Source of the DNA: a virus
Taxonomy: Duplodnaviria > Caudoviricetes
Strand: one strand, 5' to 3'
Virus record (IMG/VR): IMGVR_UViG_638276473_000001
Location: 6,798-70,797 of that record
Length of the DNA: 64,000 nucleotides
Both the position numbers and the translations under genes were made by a program. Below the pieces are notes generated by a model that was given only the letters and a program-made list of their open reading frames with translations, did no database searches and was not told the DNA's origin. Shown here piece after piece: positions 8,382 through 25,599 of this stretch (its first letter is position 1; each line of letters starts with the position of its first letter).

Positions 8382-8806
8382 TGCACCCGTCCATTCTCTA
8401 CGATTCAATCGCGCATGATCCCGAGCTGAATGCAATGGGGATTACGCCGTCTCGGATCAAAGAGCTTGACTCAATCGACAAGCGCCCGTTCGACTCTGGG
8501 TACTTCATCGTCACGCGTTGGCTCGACCAGGACTTGCACCCAACGATCAACCGGGGTCCGCGAGACCTCATGGTCTGGTGCCATATGCCCAAGGATCGTG
8601 GCCGGAACTTCCTGCCAATCGAGCGAATCCTTGAGCGTATCAACGACATCTGGGCGAGTGTCGAAGCTCAAACGGGCACAGACGGTGTTAGAGTCACCAG
8701 TGTAAAACGTCGAGGTCAGAGCGGTAATTTGGAGGACGAGGGCTGGAAAACCCTCGCACGAAACGCCACATTCAGCGTGTTGTACGACCGAAACACCGTG
8801 CAATGA
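8381..8806 (+). CDS. Tail terminator (putative)
   Basis: 141 aa, synteny before the major tail gene. Confidence 0.6.
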   Translation: MHPSILYDSIAHDPELNAMGITPSRIKELDSIDKRPFDSGYFIVTRWLDQDLHPTINRGPRDLMVWCHMPKDRGRNFLPIERILERINDIWASVEAQTGTDGVRVTSVKRRGQSGNLEDEGWKTLARNATFSVLYDRNTVQ

Positions 8807-8847
8807 CCTAAGATCGCAACCGAGGCCCGTTCACGAAAGGCAGATCG

Positions 8848-9270
8848 ATGGCAGAGAGCAAGCCCAAGGCACCGCTGGCAGGCGACGTGCAGGCCACCCC
8901 GAAGAACGTCGGCCCTGCTGCCGACCTCTCGCCGGAGGAACAGGAAGCCGTACGCCAGTCCGACAAGCGCGACGTGTCCCCGCGCGCTGCTGGGCCGGAT
9001 ACCAGCGGAAAGCGCGTGCGATACATCCCTTACAAGGGCGGTACCCACGTCGAGCTTCGCAAGAGCGACTTCAAGCAGGCGTTCGGCGTCGATCATCCCG
9101 GCGTGCAGGCGAATTTCCGCAACAACATCTTCACGTTCGAAGTGGGCGACGGCAAGCGGAACACGCTTTCGCAGGAAGTGGCCGATCTTCTCACCGAGAA
9201 GTTCCCCACGATGTTCGAGTACCTGGACGAGTCGCCTTCGCCGGAGCCGGAACCGGCTGAAAGCAAGTAG
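8848..9270 (+). CDS. Hypothetical tail-region protein
   Basis: GAAAGG RBS, biased codons. Confidence 0.7.
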   Translation: MAESKPKAPLAGDVQATPKNVGPAADLSPEEQEAVRQSDKRDVSPRAAGPDTSGKRVRYIPYKGGTHVELRKSDFKQAFGVDHPGVQANFRNNIFTFEVGDGKRNTLSQEVADLLTEKFPTMFEYLDESPSPEPEPAESK

Positions 9271-9276
9271 CCCAAT

Positions 9277-9477
9277 GTGCCTGAAATCCGTTGCGCCAAC
9301 AAGAAGTTCGGTGTCGTCACAGAAGACGCCACCGGAATTCTTGAGGCGCTTTGCAACTCCCGTTTCTGCGGGGCGAGCAAGACGACGGTAATCAGGCATC
9401 GTTGGGACTTGAGCAAGCCAACCCACGGCGCACCGCTTCTGCCCTACGAGACAACAGAATTCAAACGACCGAAGTAG
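9277..9477 (+). CDS. Small Cys-containing protein, Mu Com-like zinc ribbon
   Basis: EIRC...KF...LEALCNSRFC...H pattern; immediately upstream of the major tail gene. Confidence 0.55.
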   Translation: MPEIRCANKKFGVVTEDATGILEALCNSRFCGASKTTVIRHRWDLSKPTHGAPLLPYETTEFKRPK

Positions 9478-9490
9478 TAGGAGAAAGAAA

Positions 9491-10336
9491 ATGACCGCAC
9501 CCGTTTCGACTGCACTTCCGTACGGCTGCAACGACGTGAAGCTGACGGAGTACATCGACGCGTCTGGTCAGGTGCTTGGGCCGACTTCGGTTGACCTGCC
9601 CTACATTCAGACGCTCAACTTCGCCGAGGCCGAGGAATTCCAAGAGCTTCGCGGTGATGACAAGCTCATCACCACGCGTGGCCGTGGTGCATCGGTCAAC
9701 TGGGACCTCGAATCCGGTGGTATGGCAACCGAAGTGTGGGCGATCCTCACCGGTGGCGATGTCATCGAGCGCGGTCTGCCTCCCTACCGCGAGGTCGAGG
9801 TCCGCAAGCGTGGAACGCAGACCCGTCCGTGGTTCCGCATCGACGGCAAGATCATTTCGGATTCAGGCGGCGACGTGCTGGTCCGAATCTATCGGTGCCG
9901 CGCGAACGACAACATTCAGGCCAACTTCGCTGACGGTGAATTCACCACCACCAGCGTCAGTGGCGTCGGCTACCCGCTGCTGGATGACACCAACGACCTG
10001 CTCTACTCGATCTTCCGACGCGAAACCAGTTCGGCCATTTCGCTGACGCCGGAGCCGAATCCGGTGCAGTCGCCGCTGAACCTCACGGTCGGCACGGTCA
10101 CCAACAACAGCGCCCAGCTTCTCTGGACGCCGGTCGTCGGTGCCACCGAGTACGGCATCTATTCCGCTGACGACGAGGACGGACCTTTCGAGGAAGGTAC
10201 CCCCGCCACCAGCGTGTCGGCCAACGTCACTCAGACCGGCCTCACCGCAGGGCCGGTGTGGTTCCAGGTGACGGCCACCGTGGGCGGCGTGGAGAGCGAT
10301 CCCTGCCCGCCGATCCTGGTCACGGTTCCCTCGTAA
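9491..10336 (+). CDS. Major tail protein with C-terminal FN3/Ig-like domain
   Basis: AGGAG RBS; LPYG...ELRGDD tail-tube motifs; C-terminal PLNLTV...LLWTPV..ATEYGIY...FQVTA. Confidence 0.88.
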   Translation: MTAPVSTALPYGCNDVKLTEYIDASGQVLGPTSVDLPYIQTLNFAEAEEFQELRGDDKLITTRGRGASVNWDLESGGMATEVWAILTGGDVIERGLPPYREVEVRKRGTQTRPWFRIDGKIISDSGGDVLVRIYRCRANDNIQANFADGEFTTTSVSGVGYPLLDDTNDLLYSIFRRETSSAISLTPEPNPVQSPLNLTVGTVTNNSAQLLWTPVVGATEYGIYSADDEDGPFEEGTPATSVSANVTQTGLTAGPVWFQVTATVGGVESDPCPPILVTVPS

Positions 10337-10343
10337 CCAAGAC

Positions 10344-10387
10344 GGGGCTACCGGGGAGCGCACGCGGCGTGTTGATCCGGTAGCCCT
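10344..10387 (+). terminator. Stem-loop after the major tail gene
   Basis: GGGGCTACCGG...CCGGTAGCCCT inverted repeat. Confidence 0.55.
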
Positions 10388-10431
10388 GATCAAAACAGAA
10401 GACATTGCACTAGGAGACCAAGGAGTCCGCA

Positions 10432-11043
10432 ATGGGTAATCACACCGGTTCGAATCGGTATGCAGTTCAAACGAAGTGGGAAAAGTCCCGCGAGTTCAAG
10501 CTGCCCTTCGACTACATCATCGGCGTAGGTCCAGCCGAAGATGAAGCGGCAGCGGATGCCGCTGAGTCAGAGGGCAAGCAGGTCGTTCAAGTTCGCCGAC
10601 TCGATATGGGCGACCTGATCAAGTGCGGAATCGCAGAGGAATTGGACTTCATGTCCAAGGCTCTCATGACCGACGACGCCAAGAAAGACAACGAGAAAGC
10701 CGCTGAGGCGGTCAATCGCGCCATCATGAAAGCGGATAACTACACCCGCATGGAGAAGATGGTCAATCTCGTTGTGCAGGCTGGTGTTATCCAGCCGCAG
10801 TTGCACATTCCCCCGCGTGACGAGGCCGCTCGTCAAAAGGGTCTGATCTACGTCGATTGGCTTCCGTGGGACGACCGCATGGAGCTTTTCGCGGTGATCT
10901 TCGAAACCGAGGGACTGTCCACGTTTCGCCCAGAACAAGAGGCTGGTGTGGGAGACATGGAACATGAGTCAGGCGTACAACTGCCTACCGACGGACCTGT
11001 GGCACTTCGATCCGACGACCCCGAAGGGGTTTTACTTCAATAG
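10432..11043 (+). CDS. Tail assembly chaperone (G-like)
   Basis: Between major tail and tape measure; AGGAG RBS. Confidence 0.8.
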   Translation: MGNHTGSNRYAVQTKWEKSREFKLPFDYIIGVGPAEDEAAADAAESEGKQVVQVRRLDMGDLIKCGIAEELDFMSKALMTDDAKKDNEKAAEAVNRAIMKADNYTRMEKMVNLVVQAGVIQPQLHIPPRDEAARQKGLIYVDWLPWDDRMELFAVIFETEGLSTFRPEQEAGVGDMEHESGVQLPTDGPVALRSDDPEGVLLQ

Positions 11044-11308
11044 AGGCGTCTACTATTTCGGTCGCAAGGTGTCGAGCGAAATGGACGAAGCCGAGCAACG
11101 CTCACGGAAAGGACGTAAGCCAGGTGCAGGTACAGACGCCCTTGCAAACGGAGCGAGACTCGGTGCTCTTGAGAGAAACATCGGCGTGAAAATCAAACGC
11201 CATCGGGAGCCGGATAAGATCGGATCGTTCGGTGGCAGTGGACAAATCGTTGATCAACCGGGCAAACAGAAAGAAGAAGGCACTGTAGTTTGGAGAGAAA
11301 CGGGGTGA
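10946..11308 (+). CDS. Tail assembly chaperone second ORF (T-like), probably reached by +1 frameshift near 10924
   Basis: Overlaps the upstream ORF in the +1 frame; frame open from about 10898; ends just before the tape measure. Confidence 0.7.
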   Translation: MWETWNMSQAYNCLPTDLWHFDPTTPKGFYFNRGVYYFGRKVSSEMDEAEQRSRKGRKPGAGTDALANGARLGALERNIGVKIKRHREPDKIGSFGGSGQIVDQPGKQKEEGTVVWRETG

Positions 11309-11313
11309 GATAG

Positions 11314-18334
<7,021 letters not shown>

Positions 18335-18338
<4 letters not shown>

Positions 18339-19978
18339 TCACTGATCGTCTGCGGTGGACGGTGATTCAGGCCAACACCAATGAAATCCTCACTCGCGAT
18401 CTGAACGTCGTGGAGCCGGAGGTCATGGTCGGCTTGAGCGAGCCGAGCCATATGGCGTTCAAACTGCCACGGATAGAACAGTATCGAAGCTCAGCCGGAA
18501 TCGAATGGAAAACGAACGGGCAACTGGTCGTTTGTGAAATCGAAATTGACGGAGAACGTAGGGTATTCGGCGCTGGAATTACAGGCCCGCCGAAGATCGA
18601 TCCGGCCAGTGGGACCATGCTGATTGAACTCACCGGACCCATGGGCTACCCCAAGGGCGAGCCGTGGCTAGAGAACTTCAACCCCATCGCTGTTGATCCC
18701 GCCGAAGTGTTTCAACGGGTTTGGAGCTACTTGCAATCATTTTCCAACGCTAACTTGGGAATTGAAGTCACTCCGGCATCAACCGGAACGCAGATGCTCC
18801 CCGGCTACGGATACGATGGGTCGATCCTGTCTCTGGACTTCTTCGCCATGTTCATTCGTGCGGTGGACCTGCCAGACGCCGGAGACGTTCTCATGGGGCT
18901 GGCACGCGATATTCCGCTCGATATGTTCGAAGAATTCTGGTGGAACGAGGATCGCACAGAACTTCATCGGCAGATTCGAATTGCCTACCCGTACGGTGGA
19001 TTACAGCAGGATCACCTTGCTTTCCGCTCCGGCGAAAACCTGATCGAAGCGGAGTTGGCCGAGGAAGCCGACATAGAACCGGTGTCAGACATCGTGATTC
19101 GGTCGTGGCTCCCCGGCAAGATGATGAGCGCACGGCTGGGCAATGCTGATCCGACACGCTATCGCAAGACAGCAATCGAGGAAGACGCACGGATCGATTC
19201 GACCGAGCGAGCAGCGGCATGGGCGAAGCGAAAGTTGCAGCGCCGCAACATCCCTATCAGCTTCTCGAAAATCCGTGTCATCCCCGATCACCCGCACGCG
19301 CCATTCGGCAGCTATGCCGTAGGTGATTCGATCTTCGTTGAATACTACGACTATCCGTGGAAAGGCGACATTCAGCAGTGGCACCGGATCACATCGATTG
19401 CCTACAACCAAGACGAGGGAATTGTTGAAATCGGCGTCAAGGTCGAAGGCGCATTCAACTACGATCCCATCGAATACAACCCCGATTGGGAAGAAGAACC
19501 TCACACCGATCCAAACCGGTTGTACAACGGCTACTTTGAGACAAGCCTGTCGGGCTGGCGATCCAACGGTGGTCAGTGGTTCCGCGTCGGCAACGTCACC
19601 TACGACACCGTTCAGAATGCGAACGCAGGTAGCGTCCGTGTCGATCTGGACGACAACGGCGCACGACTTCGCTCGTCGCGTGCATTCGTCACTGCCGGTG
19701 AAAACCTTAAGCTCATGGCAGCCGTGCGGTGGCAAGAAGTCGAGTCCACGACCGGTGCATTCCGACTCTTGGCACACACGTCATTCAACGGCACGCCGGT
19801 CTCGACCTTCACCGTCGATGAGTACGTGAACCCCACTGGGACACACGCTTTCGAACTACTGACAGCGAATTGGACTGTGCCGGAAGGGGTTAACGAAGTT
19901 GCGTTCGAATTCATTGCTACACCGGAAGTGCAGGGCGGCATGTCCTGGTGGACCTACGCGAGGGTGATTCCAGCATGA
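18335..19978 (+). CDS. Minor tail protein (hub) with C-terminal carbohydrate-binding-like domain
   Basis: Synteny; NRLYNGYFET..SGW CBM-like start near the C-terminus. Confidence 0.8.
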
Positions 19979-22900
19979 TGCCAGGCGGTCCAGCATCCTA
20001 CGGCGGCTACAAGGCAGAGTCGTCGGAAAGCCGTGCGCTGCGGTCATTTTCGGCTGATAAGTTCGACTACCGCGATCAGGCACGCAACCTGATTCAATTG
20101 AACAACGCCGTGGGCTATATCTCCGGCATGATGCGCAAGCAACAGCGCGCGATTGACGCAGCGGGACAGAACGTCATTCAGCAGTTGCAGGGCTTGGTCA
20201 CTGATCTGATCGTTATGCTGGGCGGTGGTGGAGACACCGGACTTGACTTCGGCGATCTGAAATACGTTATTCAGGCCATTGGCGCAATGTTCGGCTTCGC
20301 AGACGAACAAGGCCGAATCACGGTGCCGGTCAATATCTTCAACGCCGCATGGCATTTCTTCTCGAATTACCTCGGCGGCACAACGAACTTCCGTGAGTTG
20401 ATCGATCAGCTTATCGACAACGCAATCGCCACGGTTCTCGATCTGTTCGGCGAGGTTCCGATCCTCGGACAGGCGTTGCAGCAGTTGGCCGTGTTCATTG
20501 CGGACATCCGAGACCTGTTGCTGCCCATCGCAGAAGCGGTACAGACTCTACTAGAAGCTCTGTCCATCGAACTCGATGACATCCAAGGCATCGCAGACTT
20601 TTTCGGCCCGCTCAAGCCGATTGTCGAAGCTCTGATGGAAGCTCTCGACGGCATCGATCTTCCCGACTTCTCTGCCGCACTGCGCATGTTGATTCAGCTT
20701 GGAACACCGCTGATCAATTTGATCGCGAAGGCGATACTCGCAGTGGCGTCGTTTATCAAGATGCTCACCGGTCAGCATACGATCAACGACTTCGGAGACG
20801 CCCTGCGCGACCTCACGCTCGCTGTTGATCCGACCGCTGGCGGGGGTGACGGTCTGAGCTTCGCTGACTTCGGCCATGGCCTAATTCAGACGGTGCTTGC
20901 CGACATGCTGGGTGGCGCAGACTGGGGCGAACTACTACAGAACCTCACTGGTCAGACTGGTGGACTCGAAGAACTCGGAAACTGGTTGAAAACCAACCTG
21001 TTTGGGCCGATTCTGCCGAGCCGTCTTACGTCGATTCCTCTCGGATCGATTGCCAACTTCGGTCAAAACGCGCTGATCAATCCGAGCTTCACTGGTGCCA
21101 ACAGTGTTGCCGACCTCGGTCAGTTCACACCTGATTTGACAGACGGCCATGCTTCGCCGGGATGTGCGTCGGCAACCGCCGATGGAACATACAAGTCGCT
21201 CAAGTCGAATTTCATTGCGGTGCAAGCCGGTCAGAAGTGGAAAATCTCGGCATGGGTGAAGTACCTGAATCTCGTTGCGACAGCAGGACAAAGCGCGATT
21301 CGTCTGAATGTGTTGGCGTACAACGGAGACGTGCATGTCAGCACGACGATGGTCACCAGCCTCGTTTCTCCCACCGGCAATTCGGTGAATGGCAACGGTA
21401 ACAACAACTTCGTCCTGATTCCAGAAGCGATCTACACTGTTCCCAGTGGTGTCACTCAGATCACGATGGAACCACAGATCACTCCGGCTGCCACCAGCGG
21501 CACGATCAAGTTCGATGACGGCAACGTGGAACCCGTTGGCCTGTTGCAGATTCCGTGGGTCGAAGGTCTGCCGACGCAGTTGCAGGAAGCGTTTGCGTTC
21601 GCTCAATCAATCGTCAACCGTGTGTGGTCGGCGTTGTCTGGTCAAGAATCGCCGGTCAACGTTTTGATCAGTGAGTTGGAGGATTTGTTCAAGAACATCC
21701 CGTCCAACAACATTCAGGGCATCACAGGTGGAACGATCCGAGATACGTTCGAAGACACCGTGAATGCGCTGTGGAACGGCTTCGCTCGACTCACCGGCCA
21801 GACCGGCAAATCGATCATCGACGTTGCCAACCAAGCCGCCGATACGGTGGATACTGCCGAGACCAGTCGTGACCTCGGTGAGTGGAACAACGCGATTCTC
21901 GGTATTCGTGACGCAAACGGCTTCGGTTCTGGTACTGATCCGACAGCGAAATCGATGTATCCGATACCGGATTGGCCCGCAGCAGGCGACCCGCCAACGG
22001 TGGCTGCCACGGCGACGAACGTGCCGATTGCGTTCTGGTTTGCAGAAGAAGACGCCACCCGTGGATCGGTGCAGTGGTTCGGTAAGGGCAATGCCAACAT
22101 CACGGCTATGTACATTGACGTGTACCGAATCAATTACACGACAATGCAATTGGAGTATCTGCACAGTTCGCCGGATCAGGTGCCGAATCTGTCGGCAGGC
22201 TGGAAAAAGCTCACCTACAACATGCTCACGGCTGATCGTGTGCCAGTCGTCCACGGCGACGTGCTCGCTTTCGCATTCCGCGTGCAGGGCACGGGAACGC
22301 ATTTGGTTCAGTCCAAGCCGTTGGGAACGATGCCCAACGACACGACTCGTCACCCGTTCCGGCCATCTGCGATTCGTACCGGAGTGGGCACGTTGAATCT
22401 CGCCAGCGTTAACTACGCAGGAGATTACCCATGGGTGACAGTCGGTATCGTTGAAGGTGATGTTGCCCCACCGTATTTCGCGCCTCGTACCACTACGGTT
22501 TCTACACCGGGCGTCTTCGTTTACAACGTGCCCGACTGGGCCAATATCGTTGACGACATCATGGTTGGTACCGGTGGTGGTGGTAAGGGCGGTAACGGTG
22601 GCGACACCCGACCCGGCTACGGCGGTGGCGCTGGACAGTGGCGCGGTGAAAGTCTCGTTCGCGGAGTCGATTTCCCTGACGTGCCCAACGCGCAGATCAT
22701 TTTCGACGTGGGTACCGGTGGACAAGGCGGTGCTAAGGAACAGAACGGTTCGACCGGTACCGTCACTCGTCGCCGTGCGATCAGCGGAGGTAAGGCCGAA
22801 TTGCTGGCTCCCGCTGGTGCCGGTGCAACTCAGTACGGTTCCGGTACCGATCCTATGAGCACTGGCCGCAGTCCTGGTGACTTCGTTTGGAACGGAAAGA

Positions 22901-23061
22901 ATTACGCCGGAGGCATCGGAGGTACCGGTGGTCGTCCTGGTGCCAACGGTGGAACTCCCGGTGCCGGTGGTGGTGGTGGTTACGGCGGTATCTATACCGT
23001 GGCTTACGCTGGTGGCGACGGTGCCAACGCTGGGCTGTGGATCATTGCAAGGCAATCCTGA
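19975..23061 (+). CDS. Large minor tail protein (CBM-like and glycine-rich domains)
   Basis: About 1028 aa; NALINPSF module; G-rich C-terminus typical of actinophage minor tail proteins. Confidence 0.85.
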   Translation: MMPGGPASYGGYKAESSESRALRSFSADKFDYRDQARNLIQLNNAVGYISGMMRKQQRAIDAAGQNVIQQLQGLVTDLIVMLGGGGDTGLDFGDLKYVIQAIGAMFGFADEQGRITVPVNIFNAAWHFFSNYLGGTTNFRELIDQLIDNAIATVLDLFGEVPILGQALQQLAVFIADIRDLLLPIAEAVQTLLEALSIELDDIQGIADFFGPLKPIVEALMEALDGIDLPDFSAALRMLIQLGTPLINLIAKAILAVASFIKMLTGQHTINDFGDALRDLTLAVDPTAGGGDGLSFADFGHGLIQTVLADMLGGADWGELLQNLTGQTGGLEELGNWLKTNLFGPILPSRLTSIPLGSIANFGQNALINPSFTGANSVADLGQFTPDLTDGHASPGCASATADGTYKSLKSNFIAVQAGQKWKISAWVKYLNLVATAGQSAIRLNVLAYNGDVHVSTTMVTSLVSPTGNSVNGNGNNNFVLIPEAIYTVPSGVTQITMEPQITPAATSGTIKFDDGNVEPVGLLQIPWVEGLPTQLQEAFAFAQSIVNRVWSALSGQESPVNVLISELEDLFKNIPSNNIQGITGGTIRDTFEDTVNALWNGFARLTGQTGKSIIDVANQAADTVDTAETSRDLGEWNNAILGIRDANGFGSGTDPTAKSMYPIPDWPAAGDPPTVAATATNVPIAFWFAEEDATRGSVQWFGKGNANITAMYIDVYRINYTTMQLEYLHSSPDQVPNLSAGWKKLTYNMLTADRVPVVHGDVLAFAFRVQGTGTHLVQSKPLGTMPNDTTRHPFRPSAIRTGVGTLNLASVNYAGDYPWVTVGIVEGDVAPPYFAPRTTTVSTPGVFVYNVPDWANIVDDIMVGTGGGGKGGNGGDTRPGYGGGAGQWRGESLVRGVDFPDVPNAQIIFDVGTGGQGGAKEQNGSTGTVTRRRAISGGKAELLAPAGAGATQYGSGTDPMSTGRSPGDFVWNGKNYAGGIGGTGGRPGANGGTPGAGGGGGYGGIYTVAYAGGDGANAGLWIIARQS

Positions 23062-24101
23062 TGTGGTTCCCCGACGTTCCACTTGACACGACGCACAGGA
23101 ATTCAGCGCCGGGGTGGTTCAACCAAACTCCACCTGATCTGCCCGAGGGTGATCCTCAAACCGGTTGGTGGGAAGTCTTTTACGTCATTGCGGCTGGATT
23201 CGGAATTGGTTCTGGTCAGGCTGCCTGGTATGCAAACTTGCTGGGTCAATCAACAGGGTCCGGTAGCGGTGTCGGGGCGGTCGCTCTGCTGTTGAACGCC
23301 GTTGCCATAGCCAACGCCAGCGGTGCCGGTCTGGGAACGGTCATCACCCAACTGATAGCCACTGGGAACGGATCGGCAGCCGGTGCAGGGTTGGTCGCAG
23401 CGACGGCGCTGACTGGTGCCGGAAACGGTTCAGGATCGACAGCCGTTTCCACTCAGATGTTGGCGAACATGATCGCGGCAGCCGAAGGAACAGGAACCGC
23501 AACAGGTTTCATGACGATTCCTCCACAAACTCCGGTCACGGATCAACGGACGACGGCTGGCACCTTTACCATCAACCTGCCCTGGTGGGCGATGATCCCT
23601 GGTGTGCTGGTCGATTACATTCTGCTCGGTGGTGGTCGTGGTGGCCGTGGTGGTGGTTGGCCTCTTGCCGGTGGTGGTGGTGCGGCTGGAAACTGGGCGA
23701 CCGGAACCTTGACTTATGGGAACGAAATCCCCAACGGAACAACTCAATTGGTAATTTACATTGCGCCCCAATCCCTTGGGTCCAACGGTCACGCGACAAG
23801 TGTTCAGGACCCGAATCCTGAACCGGGACCAACTCAATTGCGTTTACCTAACGGCACCGTGCTCGTAGAAGCCACCGGGAATCCCGATACCGAATCCGGT
23901 TCTCAGAACGGGCAAACTCGATCCTCGGTGACCTACAATGGTGTGACCTATCCCGGTGGCAACGGCGGTACAGGTAACGGAGGCAGTGCTTCTGGAAACG
24001 GAGCCGGTGGCGCTGGTGGTAACGGATCGTTCTTCGGCGCTGGTAGTAAAGGCGGCAACGGTTCAGTTGGCCGGTCGAACTTGGTGATGAGACAACCGTA
24101 G
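23061..24101 (+). CDS. Glycine-rich minor tail protein
   Basis: TGATG coupling; LLGGGRGGRGGG...GGGGAAG domain paralogous to the previous gene's C-terminus. Confidence 0.8.
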   Translation: MWFPDVPLDTTHRNSAPGWFNQTPPDLPEGDPQTGWWEVFYVIAAGFGIGSGQAAWYANLLGQSTGSGSGVGAVALLLNAVAIANASGAGLGTVITQLIATGNGSAAGAGLVAATALTGAGNGSGSTAVSTQMLANMIAAAEGTGTATGFMTIPPQTPVTDQRTTAGTFTINLPWWAMIPGVLVDYILLGGGRGGRGGGWPLAGGGGAAGNWATGTLTYGNEIPNGTTQLVIYIAPQSLGSNGHATSVQDPNPEPGPTQLRLPNGTVLVEATGNPDTESGSQNGQTRSSVTYNGVTYPGGNGGTGNGGSASGNGAGGAGGNGSFFGAGSKGGNGSVGRSNLVMRQP

Positions 24102-24128
24102 GAAAACAGGCTAGGAAACGAGGAAAAA

Positions 24129-24503
24129 GTGGCTGCTTCTGACGCTTTCAAAATTGAGCAGGCTCGACAGGCTGGATTGCAAGGTGCTCTGGTGTCGATT
24201 CATTCCAGTGCGGTCAACCCCGCCAGTCCGAACACCAACGAAGTCACCGGCTCTGGCTACGCACGGCAGACGCACGTGTGGGGCACTCCGGTCATAGGCT
24301 CTGGCGGGGATGCCGGTAAAGCCGTAATGACCGGCAATCAAAAGCAATTCGTGATTCCAGCGGGGCAGACTGCATCGCATTACGCGGTGCGAAAAGCAGA
24401 TGGCACGTATCTGTGGTCGGATGCGCTGGATTCAAGCCTGACAGTGAACTCCGGCTCTGCAACTATCAACGTGACACCGGTTTACAAATACACCCATCCG
24501 TAG
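24129..24503 (+). CDS. Small minor tail protein
   Basis: SIHS...NEVTGSGYARQ...W motif of small actinophage tail proteins. Confidence 0.75.
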   Translation: MAASDAFKIEQARQAGLQGALVSIHSSAVNPASPNTNEVTGSGYARQTHVWGTPVIGSGGDAGKAVMTGNQKQFVIPAGQTASHYAVRKADGTYLWSDALDSSLTVNSGSATINVTPVYKYTHP

Positions 24504-24543
24504 TCCAGTAGGCTAGGATGGTAACGACCGGACGGAGGTTCTT

Positions 24544-25599
24544 GTGTCTCGACGTGGTGATGTAGTTTGGCTCCCCGACATTCTCAGGAGTGCCGGGTTG
24601 CCCGTACAGGTGGCCGATGGTGCGAACAATCGCGGCCATGGCGACATGGCAGACGTGTGGGGGATCGTTGATCACCACACCGGAAGTGACAACGCTAGTT
24701 GGCAGTCCATCGCTTTCCATCCCTCGCTGGGTCTGGCCTCCCAGTTGCATCTGAGCTACGGCGGTCTGTTCACCGTCTGTGGTGTCGGCATTGCCTGGCA
24801 CGCCGGAAACGGTTCGTGGCCGGGACTGGGAACGAACAACGCCAATCCCAGAACAATCGGTATCGAAGCTGCCAATGACGGTGGTGGAAAACCGGGCCGA
24901 CCGCATCGAGCGGATTGGCCTGCGGTTCAATACGATCACTACGTTGAAGGTAACGCAGCGATCCTCAAGTTCCTGAATGAACCGGTCACACATTCCATCG
25001 GACACAAGGAATGGGCCGGAGCCGCACAGGGCAAGTGGGACCCCGGTGGCATCGACATGAACCTGTTCCGCAAGGACATCGAATCCGCAATGCGCGGTGC
25101 GGTTCCGATTCTCAACGCCATCGATGAGCATGCGAAGGTCGCGAAGTGGCTGGGCAAGCGAATCACGGTGCCCGAGAAGCCAACTGCGGACGGTAAGGGA
25201 CGCTGGGCCGAATTCGAAAACGGTACGATCTACTGGTCGGCCAACACCGGAGCCTTCGCCGTCCCGAAGCATCTGCTCGAAACGTACACGGCTCTCGGTT
25301 GGGAACAGGGCGAGTTGGGTTATCCCATTGCGCCCCATGCGGTTATCCCAGACGGGGGTGACGTGCAGGCGTTCCAGAACGGCGTGCTCTACCGCAAGTA
25401 CGGCCAAGGTGGACACGTCATCAAGGGAGCCATCGGCAATCGCTATCGGCTCAACGGTTGGGAAGCTGGATTCCTCGGCTGGCCGACCAGCAGTGAAATC
25501 AAGCACGGCGGCATGATCTATCAGACGTTCGAAGGTGGACGTATTGCGTTTTCACCTGACGGCACAATCGTTTTGAACAAGGACAACGAATTCGTATGA
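24544..25599 (+). CDS. lysA: Lysin A: N-acetylmuramoyl-L-alanine amidase with LGFP repeats
   Basis: HHT, WHAG, IGIE, GHKEW..KWDPG amidase motifs; LGYP/LGWP repeats; GGAGG RBS. Confidence 0.92.
   Translation: MSRRGDVVWLPDILRSAGLPVQVADGANNRGHGDMADVWGIVDHHTGSDNASWQSIAFHPSLGLASQLHLSYGGLFTVCGVGIAWHAGNGSWPGLGTNNANPRTIGIEAANDGGGKPGRPHRADWPAVQYDHYVEGNAAILKFLNEPVTHSIGHKEWAGAAQGKWDPGGIDMNLFRKDIESAMRGAVPILNAIDEHAKVAKWLGKRITVPEKPTADGKGRWAEFENGTIYWSANTGAFAVPKHLLETYTALGWEQGELGYPIAPHAVIPDGGDVQAFQNGVLYRKYGQGGHVIKGAIGNRYRLNGWEAGFLGWPTSSEIKHGGMIYQTFEGGRIAFSPDGTIVLNKDNEFV

Noticed and set aside
10432-11308. Canonical -1 slippery heptamer for the tail chaperone
   Set aside because: The downstream ORF is in the +1 frame and no XXXYYYZ site lies in the open overlap
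22560-24060. GGT/GGC-rich repeats
   Set aside because: Explained by glycine-rich minor tail domains
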